Positions 36,515 through 48,270 of a stretch of DNA of 64,000 bases are shown piece by piece. The number at the start of each line of letters is the position of its first letter. Positions within the stretch are counted from its first letter, which is position 1. The stretch is from Gracilinanus agilis (taxonomy: Eukaryota), in assembly GCF_016433145.1 (NCBI RefSeq), contig NC_058130.1, forward strand, positions 646,752,096-646,816,095, given 5' to 3'. Below the pieces are notes generated by a model. It was not told where the DNA came from. It was given only the letters and a program-made list of their open reading frames with translations, and did no database searches. The position numbers were made by a program, and so were the translations under genes.

Positions 36515-39500
36515 AAAGAATAGATATTAACATCTGACTTGCCACTGTGCCCTAAGAACTATTTGACTTACTGCTAAAACTGTTCATTTCAGTTGTTTCA
36601 GCTATTAGAATGTGAGCTCCTTGAGAACAAGAATTGTCTTAATTTTCTGTTTGAATTCTCAGCACTTACCCCAGGGCTTCTCAAATAGCAAATGCTTAAT
36701 AAATGGTTTATTCATCATTAAGACAGGGTGTTATGTGATGTTTGATGTGCCCCCCAAAACTCTAAGATTAATTGTAAAAGATGATTGATAAATCCTGGTT
36801 GATTTGGTGATCAGTTGTTTTTTTTATTTCAGCCCCCCCCCTTGATTCAATAATTACATAGTAGAACTCATTAATCATGCATTTCAAAAGAAAAAGAGGA
36901 AATGAAATAATAGAGAAGAAAAGGAAAGAAACGGAACAGTTGATTTGATGGTCACCAGAGAAAAAATATTGGGATATTAGGAAATAAATTTTAGAAATGT
37001 TTAAATGCAGAAGGAAACCATGGTGGATGATGGAATGAGAAGAACCTCCTCCTTTAAAAGCACTCAGGGAATAAAGACTACTCTGACTTCTGAAAGCAGT
37101 GCTTAAGATTTAAAATGTATATTAGGTAGTTTTTCTCAGTTCAGGGAAGATCTAATTGTCTTTAATCTCCTATTATATAACCTATAGTGGAAAAAATCCA
37201 ATGTCCCGTCCACAACTCTGCATCTGAATATAGGAGACTCTACCATATGGCAGTTTTACTGAAGTGGTTAAATTCAAATTGATTTACATTACATTATTAT
37301 GATACACTTGATAGGCCATTAAAACCGTAACTAAACTCTCCTGATACTAAACTACTCTGTGTGAGACTGGTGCTACCTGGTACAAACCGTGAGATTGTTT
37401 ATAGTTTTGTTTCACTCAGTTTCTCCTTTTTTGGATTTAAATGCTTCAGGACCAGGTCAGGGTTTTGTAAAATGGTCAGATATTTAGAGGCACTTGGCTT
37501 CACAGTTGACACAAGACATTCAATGGACTGAGAAGAATTTTTCATACTATAGCAATTCCATAGTCAGCGACAGCCAATGCTTGATTATTCATGGTCATGA
37601 TGGACAGGGAGAGCATAAATAATTGAAATCCACAGTTAATTAAGTAACTTTACTTCAGCCAGTTTCAACTTCTATCCATAAGGTTTTGTACTAAAATGGT
37701 ACCAAGGGGGAAAATAAGCAGATATGAATTTTGACTTCTTTGCCCTTCTTTACCTTGAACTAATAATTATTTAGTCTCCCTGGTTGTTACTTTCCATATC
37801 TATGTGAGGAGAGAGTACAACTAGATGATCTATTAAGATGCCTTCACATTTCAAACCTTTACTTCTCTGATCAAAAATTAGATAGCAGGAGATAAAATAT
37901 GCAATCTGTAATTGAGAATTATTCAAAGTGACTTGCTTTAAAATGTCCCTTCCAATCCCTCCTCCCAAATTAAATATTGACATTCCAGAACTCAAATAAA
38001 TTCAAAACAAAGCAAAAGCACCTTGATTTTTTCCAAAATTAGTTTTAATTCAATTTATTTTAAAATAAATAAATGTAGGATTCTATGAACAGCCTACATA
38101 TTTTACTGACTACTATAATTCTATTTGAATGGCAACATAAGATAGTGGCTAGAGGGGCAGCTTCAGAGAGATGAAAACTTAAGTTCAAGCCTTGGGTATC
38201 ACAGGTGTATGTGTTTACACACATGTGTATACTGGCTTTGTAGCCCTGGGAAAGTCACTCAACTTCTCTGGTGTGTCCAGAGGAAAGTCACAAGACAATA
38301 ATCTGCATGAAACTTCCTGCGTTTTGCTAGTAGTGTTTCCTTTTCTGAAAGCACCCTACACCAATAAAGTCTCAAATCTAATAGCAAATGAATTAGTGTT
38401 TTCAAATAGTTAGAAACCATTCCTTATTTTTATTAGCTCATGAGATTATAAAATTGGCTGCATTGTTGCTCTGTTTTAAGATGTAAATGCAGTAATGGTC
38501 ATGGCCTGGTAAGCAGGGTTGCTGTGATGAGGTGCCAATGTATGGATGTTGTTTTCTTTTTTTTCATCTATCCTTGGCTTAATTTTCTTAATCCCAATTC
38601 AGACATACCAATTCTAGCTCTTAATTTTGAGAGGACACTGTATGCTTGCTGCCCTGAGGGTATAGACCCACTGAGCCTGTTGTAAGTCTTGAAAGCCTTT
38701 CCTTCAGTGTGATTCAATAGTTCTGTATCAGTTGAGTCAAAATAAAAGAATGCCTATATAAGCAAATAAAATGAGAATTTAATACAATGTTCCTGATTTA
38801 TANNNNNNNNNNNNNNNNNNNNNNNNNNNNNNNNNNNNNNNNNNNNNNNNNNNNNNNNNNNNNNNNNNNNNNNNNNNNNNNNNNNNNNNNNNNNNNNNNN
38901 NNNNNNNNNNNNNNNNNNNNNNNNNNNNNNNNNNTTCTAGTAAGTCATTTTTAGAGTGTAATCACTTTAATTCTTCCTCCTCTCTAATTTTATAACCAAG
39001 AGACAACCTCTTCATGGAAAATCCCCTAACCTCTTGTAAAGACTTCACTGCTGCTTATTGTTATTTTCCTCAACCAATAAGATGGCCCTGGGATTTGGAT
39101 TTGTTTGGAGTTATGGTTGACCTAGAAATTAGGGAGCACTCTGATGCCTTTTCTCAGTACTCTGTAGCACACAGGATAGATAAACATCATCAATTCCAAA
39201 CATCTTGAATTCACAAGTTTAACATAAAGCCTGTGATTGTTAGATGAGATAGAAGCTTTGATTTGCCTAGTGCTTTTGAATTAGAGAAGAAATGCCAAGT
39301 GTGTACTCACAACAGCACAGCTGAGAAAATTAGAGTGAGACAATCATTTCAGGGTGAAGAGGAAATTAGACAGGACGAAAAGTAATTCAAAATTTTGGAC
39401 AATTAAGAATCTCGATGAAAATTAGAACTACAGCCCATGGCATCAATTCTGTAACTCTCTAAGCCAGTGATTTTTATGGTCATAAATATGATTGCTATGG

Positions 39501-40529
39501 AGAGCAAAGTCTAGTGAAAACTTTTGCGGTGTGATAAAAATCTTTAAAAACCTGCCAACAACTTACATTCCTATCAAAACCAATCTGATTATCGATTTAA
39601 AGAGATTTTTATGACTTGGAATGATTATATTCAGTCATCATGTTCTGGCTTCTTGCCTTGAGATTTTCAAGACTAAATTCAAAGAATTAGCAGTTGCTAA
39701 AATGAGGTTTGAAATGATAAGTTGAGGAATAATTCCGACAGACAGGGGAGTGAGTATAGAATCCAATCATCTGTGCCTAGCAGTCAGAAGATACCCTTTT
39801 TAGAATGGCAAAACTGATATTTTGGTTTCTTCTAAAGTCTTAATTCTCATGCACCATCTTTAGCATCTGTTTGTTTATTAGATATATATCTATAAAATTA
39901 AATGTTTATGAAAAATATAAAGCCATCTAAGTATAACATGTTGAAATAGTGGCCAGTGCATGTTTGTCCAGTCCTCTCTCTTTCTCTGTCTACCTCTCTG
40001 TCTCTGTCTTTAACTTTTTGTCAAAGTTGGGAGTAGTTTATATATGTATATATACACATATATATATCATTATTATTACATATTATATGTATAATATGCA
40101 AAGTCTCGTTTTATATATTTTTCTATTTCCATCCATCCATGGAAAAAAGGTATTTTAAAAGTACCTGTGATTGCTCAGCACTGTGCAAGTTTCTGGGGAT
40201 ACAAAAGCAAAAGGGACAGATTCCTTACTCTCAAAACGCTTACATTATCTTGAGGAAACAACATTATTAAAATAAGACAATGTCGATGCATAAATGCAGA
40301 AGTGTATAGGTATACATATTTGCCTATTTGTATATAAAATGATTATAATGATAATAATAATTAATAATTATATGATGCTTATGAGCTAAGTACCCTTTGG
40401 TCATTTTCCTACTACTCTTCCACTGTCTGCGGAAACAGAAGGGGGGCCAAAAAGAACAGAAGGCCATTTAAAATTCCCATTTTATGATACCAGTTGCCAT
40501 AGCCAAATGGTCAGGCTACTTACTGATGG

Positions 40530-40700
40530 TAATTATTACATTTATATAGCACTTACTATATGATAAGCACTTTATGAATATTATCTCATTTGATCCTCGC
40601 AATAATCCTGGGTTATTATTATTCCCACTTTGAAGATGAGGAAGCTGAGGCAGAAAGAGGTTAAGTAACTTGTACAGATCCATGTAGCTAATAAACTTTT
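40530..40700 (-). mobile_element. MIR-family SINE
   Basis: gatgaggaagctgaggcagaaagaggttaagtaactt. Confidence 0.75.
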
Positions 40701-42379
40701 GATTTCTTATTTATAGCTGAACCAGGTCTCTCTAGGAAGTAACTCCACAGTCCAGGTAAAAAAAAAAGAGAAAGGTCTCGGTTCTAATTTCTATGGTGGA
40801 ATTCCAAAGGTAGCTATAGGATTTGAATTCTGAGAGATCAAGTAGAGAATGATGAAATGCATCATAAAATCTTAGTTTGAAGGGACCTTAAGTGGTCATG
40901 TAATATATTAATGAAATACATGTATATATATATATATATATATATTACTCCTTCCAGTGAGGAATCACTTTTAGAGAACCCCAGCAGATATCCTAATAAA
41001 GGTTAAAGTATCTTGTATAAGGTACAAACATTGATCTATCTTCAATGCTGACCTAAAACTATTTTAAATTAGAGAAAGAACCTGAATAAATCAAAAAAGT
41101 TTTCAATAAGAATTTCCATTTTTTTTTCTTTTAGCAACTCTTGCTGCTAGCAATAGAATCTATCACACCTTCATTTGTTTGGGGCAATACACCAGTGAAG
41201 AGCTGAATCTGTCATTTTATAATTTTTCCTACTCATTTCCCTCCAAATCAGAATTTTCACTCATTTTCTTTACCCAATCTTGTTTTATTGGACAAATAAA
41301 TATTCCTCTAATGTCTTTAATTTCAAAGTGCCTATTTTTATACTTGTGATGCAAATAGGTATAGTAGAAGTAGGAATAACTAGAAAAATTGAGTAGATTT
41401 AAGCACTGATTCTATAACTTGCAAGCTATGTGATCCTTGTTGTTAAACTTAACTATCAATGAATCTGTTTCTTCAGCTATAAAATGGAGACAGATAATAC
41501 AAAGAGTATAATAAAACCTTTCTCAGATGACTATTCCCATAAGTCACTGAGATAGTCTGTGAAAGTGTTTTAAAACCTAAAAAATACCACTCAAATATTA
41601 ATAATAATGCTCATTCTAAGTCATGGGACTACTAAGCAAAAGGAAAGATTTCAAATGTGTTGGATAAATACTTTATATAAGCTTTAAAAATTAATTGGAT
41701 TCAAATAGTTTCAGAAGGGATAATCGAATTGAGAGTTGATCAATGAAAGGAACATCCATGCCCATTTAATGATCATTTCACCAGAATATAAACGTTTCAG
41801 TTATTTAGTGCCACCACTGTTGAAAGCTAGTAACTGTGTATCACATTTCAAAATTGGGAAGCAGTATAGTATAGCAGATAGAGACTTGGATCTGGAGTTA
41901 GGAAGGGTATGATTCAGAGTCGATCTCTATTTCCTAGATGTATGAGTTTTGATAATTCACTGAGCCTCAGTGTCTTCATCTATAAAATGGAGATAATAGC
42001 ATCTTATTGTAGCTTCCTCTCAAGGTTGCTGGCAACTTTAAAGCACAGGGGATAATTTACTCATTAAAATAATCTGTTCACTTGTAATTCTTACATATTT
42101 ATCCCATTAAATCATTCTCATCAAAATATCCAACAATTCTATATTTTATTTCCTCCCATAACCTTCACTTTAAGGAGGACAGTCAGATCAAAAAGGGTTT
42201 CATTCTACCCCAGGCATCTCTCATGTTTATGTAGACTACTTCTTTACCATGCCACAGAAAACCATTCACCTGAGGAAAACACCTGCCCCTGGTTTTCTCA
42301 CAGTGAAAGTACCCCATTGCCACTCTTTTTCCTAATTGACTGGTTACTTCACAAACTTCCATTTTATGGATGAAACCCA

Positions 42380-42632
42380 CGCAAGCCATGTGGTCATTCC
42401 TCTCCAGACAGTACTTCTGACCCTCCAGATTGTCCTTTTGAAGTAACTAGATTCCTACTGGATCCTTCCTTTTCTCTCTTCTTCTCTCTTGCTGCTTTTC
42501 ATCTTCCTTTTAGGCATTTTCTTTGTTCTTTAGAGTTTAAGTTCCTTGAAGGAAAGGTCTTTTTACTTGCATGTCCACTGCTTAGCACAGTACTTGGCAA
42601 ATATTAAACATGCAATAAAGGTTTGTTGACTT
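42380..42632 (+). mobile_element. L2 3' fragment
   Basis: taagttccttgaagg...gcttagcacagtacttggca...aataaaggtttgttgacttga. Confidence 0.7.
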
Positions 42633-43898
42633 GAATCAAATGCAATCATGCAAAGTGCTTTACAACAGAAATGTCAGTTGTTTTAATGGAAATGATTTAT
42701 TGTTATAATATGTAATGATTACATATGCAGAAACATTTTAATGAGCAAATTACCCAAAGTACTTTCACAACTGCCAATTTCCTCTTCCATTTCTCCCTTT
42801 TATTTTTTTGATGTCATTATCAGTTCAAACCAAACCAGAATAAACATTTCAGAAGGTAAAAGCTATGAATTTATGTGTTTGGGAAGCTTTGCTAGCACTG
42901 TCTTTCTATAACTTGAAGATGGAAAGTGAAGCCTGTTGATAAAAGTCATTCTCCCAGAAGCTTAGATAGATGCTTTTTTTTGGAATGACATCCAGTGAGC
43001 TACAATACCAGGGCTAGAATGTGCAGTTCTGTATACTTCTCTACATATTGGATACTATGTGATTATGTCAATGTCATTCAGTCTCAAAGCAGCTTTTATG
43101 ATGCTGTATAAATCATGGCACTACAGTGACTGTGAGCCACTCGAAACTCTCTCTTTTGTACCAGACGTTGTGGTAGGTAACCAAGAGCTCAAGGCTCAGA
43201 GATCCCAGCGATAAGCTCTTAAGCTTGGTTGGTTTGGGGGGGGGGGGTTCCTTGTTTTATTGTCAGGGATCCTCCTTGAAGGCAGCTATGTGAGTTGATC
43301 AGACTAATATGTCATTTGAATTCTTGCTGCCTATTTTGTGGGAAAGATAAAAAATAAGGAAAATGCGTGTTGTATCCCACGATCTTTGGCCTGAGGGTCA
43401 GTGTTGCTCGTCCTCTTCTCTCCTCTCTTCTCTCTCCCTCTCAGATTCTCTCCTTTCTCTGCTCCTCTCCTTCCTTTTTATTTAAGAAGCAAATAAAAAT
43501 AAAATAGAGTTTGAAACTTTACTTTCTATTCTTTCTTCCTATGGGTGTCATCTCATCCTCGTGCCTATAACTTCACATTCATTCCTGTCACTTCTCATGC
43601 TCTGACTATGATAGTCTACATCTGCATATGTCCCAAGATATGAATATATGAATAAAATAACATGGTGAAGGTAGTATAAAACTCCTAATTTGCCTGTTGT
43701 ACCAAAATATGACCTTCCATCTCTTTCCTGTTTCTCTCTTTGAATTAGGATCCTACTTTCTCAGCCATTCAATGGTTTGAGTACCTGCAATAGTTAAGTA
43801 AGTGTACAGTTCTGTAAATATATGAGAAATAGAAAATAATTCTTCTGTTATCAATAATTCAACAAGCATTTATTAAACAGCTGCTGTGCCCAGAAGGA

Positions 43899-44156
43899 GA
43901 AAGCTAGGAGGTGCAGTGGATAGAGTGCCAGGCATGGAATCAAGTATACTCATCTTCCTGAGTTCAAATATGGTCTCAGACTGTGTTTCTAGCTGTGTGA
44001 CCCTGGGGAAGTCACTTAACTCAGTTTGCATCAGTTTCCTCAGCTGCAAAATAAACTGGAGAGGGAAATGGCAAACCAGTCTAGTATCATTGCCCTGAAA
44101 ACCCCAAATGGGATCATGAAGAGTTAAATACGACTAAAACGCCTGAACAACAACAA
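43899..44156 (+). mobile_element. MAR1 SINE, full length
   Basis: Complete head, CORE, RTE-like tail and (caa)n end. TSD tgtgcccagaagga / tatgcccagaaaga (12/14). Confidence 0.9.
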
Positions 44157-45129
44157 TATGCCCAGAAAGAATATGGAATAGCGGATAGAAAGTGGAACTT
44201 GGAGACAGGAAAACCTTGCTTAAAATCCAATCTTTGATAGTTGGGAGCTGTGTAACTCTAGCAAAGTCACTTGATTTCTTAGCTTCAGTTACCCTTAATG
44301 CCTACATCTAGGAGTTTTTGTGGAGATTAAATGAAATAGAGGCAATTCGATAGTAAATTTGACCCCAGACATTTCTTAGCTACGTGATCCTGGGCAAGTC
44401 ACAATTCTGTTTGCCTAGTCATGATTTTTCTTTCTTAGAGTAAGAGTTAAAAGAAAGAGTAAATGAGATAACATATATATGTATATATATATATGTATAT
44501 ATATGTATGTATATATAATGTTTACAAATCATTAAAAGCATTATGTAAATTTCAGCTATTATCATTATTAAACTCTATAAATCAGGTAATTCTCGGAGAA
44601 TAAGAGTTGTAGAAAGTAGTGGTCCTACTCAGCTGAAAGAGTTCCTTCATTAAGGAAATCATAAGTCCTCAACCTACTTAGTAGTTGCCATGCTCAAAAC
44701 TTGTGAATACTATGCCTCACCACCCCCTAGCCCCCCCAGAAAACTCACCTAGTAAACCTGGTACCTAATCCTTGTATTCTAAACACTGGAAAGTTAATGT
44801 TTGCTTGTTCTAGTGGATTTCTGCATAGGTTTTTAAAATTTACAAAGCACCTTCCAGACATTATTTATTTGAGTCTCCACAATTCTAATACTATTACAGG
44901 TATTCTTCTATACATTTTACAGGTCAAAACCCTAAAGAAATTTAAATGAGTTCTCCATGGTCTTATAAGTACTGTCAGAGGTAGGATCTAGACTTCAGGC
45001 TTTATATGTCCATGCCTGGTATATGCCCCACCAAGCCACTGTTTCTCAAAAGAACTACATCCTAATCCTCCTGGAAATAATCATCTACTAGAGAGCTAAG
45101 GCTCTTGCATAGGTCACTCTAATAGAACT

Positions 45130-45540
45130 AAAGTGTTGGATAAAATGAATTTGTGTGAAGTTCAAGAGGACAGATGGTTATAAACCCTGGAGATAGTGGA
45201 AAGCTTCCTCCAGGAAGTGATATCTGAGGTGATCTCTAATGGACAGGCAGAATTTCAAAAGGCAGAAATCAGCCAGAGTAGGAAAGAAAGGCCTGGGCAT
45301 TAGGAACAATATAGGCAAGGTATGATGTTGAGAACATCCATGGCATGTTTGGAAGAATGGGATAGTTCAGTTTGCCTGGAATAGAGAATATATGAAGAAG
45401 AGTATTGAGATAAGGCTAGAAATCCAGGGTGATGCCAGCTTTTGAAAGAACTTGAAATGCCAACCAAACAATTTTGAGTTGATGTATTGCATGATTAGAC
45501 CTATGCTTAAGAAGATAAGTCTGACATCGTCTTCAAGGGA
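45130..45540 (-). mobile_element. L2 fragment
   Basis: Purine-rich body ttgaaagaacttgaaatgccaac...gacctatgcttaagaagataagtctg. Confidence 0.6.
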
Positions 45541-45699
45541 AATCTGGGGTACAGAGAAAGCAGAATGAGGAAAGAACTCTAAAGTATTCAGAGTGGTCAG
45601 GCTGAAGGAGAATGACCAATTTGGATGTCTAAAAATTTAAGAATAAGAAGAAAACGGATAAAGTCCTGATAAGACCAATGGAAAGACTGTAAGAACAGG

Positions 45700-45930
45700 G
45701 GTTATTTCATATAAAGAAGAAAAATCTTAAGGAGTGACTTAATAACTGTCTTCAAGTATATGTCGTATGTCTATAAACTAATGAGCATAAGCCATACAAG
45801 AAAATCAATCTCATTACTTTATAATTATGCCACGTATAAAAGGTTATTGTGAGGAGAATGCCAACCAGTTATTATTCACCTCCTCACAAGATAGAATAAG
45901 AAGAAATAGACCTGAAGTCTTGCAATTTCA
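45700..45930 (+). mobile_element. L3/CR1 3' fragment
   Basis: aagaagaaaaatcttaaggagtgacttaataactgtcttcaagtat is a typical L3 3' ORF end motif. Confidence 0.6.
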
Positions 45931-47849
45931 GGGGTAATGGATTAAATCATATGGCTTTTACGGAATTGTAAATGCCACAAACTGACTTCTAGTTTACTTG
46001 TAGTTAAAATTCCAATTTGTACAAAAAAGGCTACATTATTGGTGAAAATGAGGAGGGGTGTATGAAAGTCATTGCCTAGAATGTCAGATATTTTTATTAG
46101 GAATTCAAGGATGCCAGGGGCATCTAGGTGACAAGTAAAACAGAGAATCAGTCAGACTATTGGGGGCTTGAGGAATGGGTGGGTATCTACAATTCTTGGT
46201 GGCTTAAGTGCTTCTAGAGGCCATTGATCACCGTAATTTCAACAAGGTAGACCACTTTTCAATGATGATACTGCGTTACACCAAGATTCTGCAATTTCAC
46301 CTGATTAGTTGTTCCTTCTACTGATGTATGTTGCAACATTTTCCACTACTTAGCAGTTGCCATGCTCAAAACTTGTGAATACTATGCCTCCCCCCCCCCC
46401 CCCCCAGCCCCAGCAAACTCACCTAGTCAACCTGGTACGTAATCCTTTGCTGCTGAGCCTTCACAGTCTATCACAGTATCTGCTAGAGTTTAACCATTGC
46501 TGTCATAGTCATTGAGGATCCTAGGTCACCTGCAGCCCAGGATGAGCTATTGAATTAGGACCTTAATGGAAATTTGATAAAGTCTCATAATGTTGAACAA
46601 CCTATCTAGGTTGTTCAAGGATAAGGAAGTCTCATCTTGTGGAGTCTCATCATGGACCTGAATGAAGCCTTCTTTTTATATACCTCAACCTTATTTGCTT
46701 TTCTTTGTCAAGAAAATCTCAAGTGGCATTACAAAGAGTTGGACATGATCGAAAATCAACTTTAAAATAATAAATATTAAAAAGGCATATGCTCCATTTC
46801 CAGTTAATAAAACTGAATAAAACTGTAAAGGAATGCTGCAGTCTTTTAGACTTCAGCTAAGTTGTAGGCTATAAGGGGAAAAGACAGACAAAATGAAATG
46901 TCAGGGTGAGAACCTTTCAGATATAAAAGGAAACACTTGACATAAAGTTCTGAGACTTTATAAAGTTCCCTATAAAAAGACCAGCAGAAACAATGAACTT
47001 GCCTGACTCCCTCTCCCCATTATAGATGTCATAAATCTTCTTTGGTTACTCATTTGCCTAACCCACTAGGCATTTTAGAAGCTTATTAGATATTCAATAT
47101 AAATTGGAGTGAAATCTCTCATTGTGAGCCCAGCTCTGAACTAGGAGAATAGAGAAGAAGGGGTTCTACTTCTCTCCGACCTTACCAGGAAGTGTAGGTC
47201 CTCAGTGAGAAAAATAACTGAATTCTTTTGCCAATCCTTTCTGAATGAATGCAGTAGCACCTAACCAGACCTAAGGCTAGGGATTGTGGAGATCTGTTCA
47301 TTGCAATCATCAATGCCAGACCCCATAGTGAGCCTAGTGAGGACTCTGGCAAAAGAACACTGACTGCTGGTGGTTCTGGAGCTATGAAATTCCTGGGTCA
47401 AATATGGCCCCTATAGATGTACTTCACTGTAATTATACTTTGTGTCTATTCTTCTCTTCTTTCCTGGATTCTAGGTATATTTGTGGGCGAACATACCCTG
47501 AATTTTTGGGAGAAATACTTTGTAACTATTATTCCAGCTATGCCATACAAGCATATTTTCTAGAAGTTTAATTGAGTATGCTGACTGATGATTAATAGGA
47601 AACATATCAGTGGACACTCAAAAGCTCCAGTGTTAGAAAAATTCACTTGTGGGATAATACCTACAACCTGAAAAAGCTGTTGATCCTCTTGAGGTCCAGC
47701 CTTTGATTAGTACAGACTGGTAGAGGTGCAGGCCAGAGGTGATGTTACTATTAATTTAACAATGAAAGATATTCTTTCTTCTTCATAGAACTTAAGAAAA
47801 TAGATGTTCTTGCTAGTTATCTGATGGAAATCTTCTTAACTGTTTTAAT

Positions 47850-48270
47850 AGTCAACTAATTAGTCTACCTGTCTTGTCTTGCTTCACTCTACTCCACCCA
47901 CCTCACATCTACTAAGTCATTGTCCTATAACTCAAATCTGATCACATTATACCCCAAGTCAATAAATTCCAATAATTCCTAATATCCTTTAGCATCAACT
48001 ATAACTCTTCTGTTTGATGTTTAAAGGTCTTCATGAAATCAAGCTTAGACCTAATTTTCCAGAACTGTTATTCATTCCTTGCCTTTCCAAATTCTGCTGT
48101 CCTATCAGACTGGTGTTCTAGCTTTTCCTCACCCACATTCCATCTACCATCTCCATTCCATTGCAATTTCTATACTCCATGCATCACTGCCTCTCATAAT
48201 CCCAGATTCCTTCAAACTTTGCCTTCAAACCCTGCTTTCTATGTGAAGTCTTTCCTGATCCTAAGGAGAG
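47850..48270 (+). mobile_element. L2 fragment
   Basis: aaatctgatcacatt...tttgatgtttaaaggtcttcat; pyrimidine-rich L2 body. Confidence 0.6.

Noticed and set aside
43886-44098. 70-aa ORF, and similar ORFs at 4290, 15853, 17646, 54293 and 55600
   Set aside because: They are chance frames through MAR1, MIR or SINE1 elements.
46950-47600. Possible LTR remnant
   Set aside because: No TG...CA termini, TSD, PBS or paired copy could be identified.
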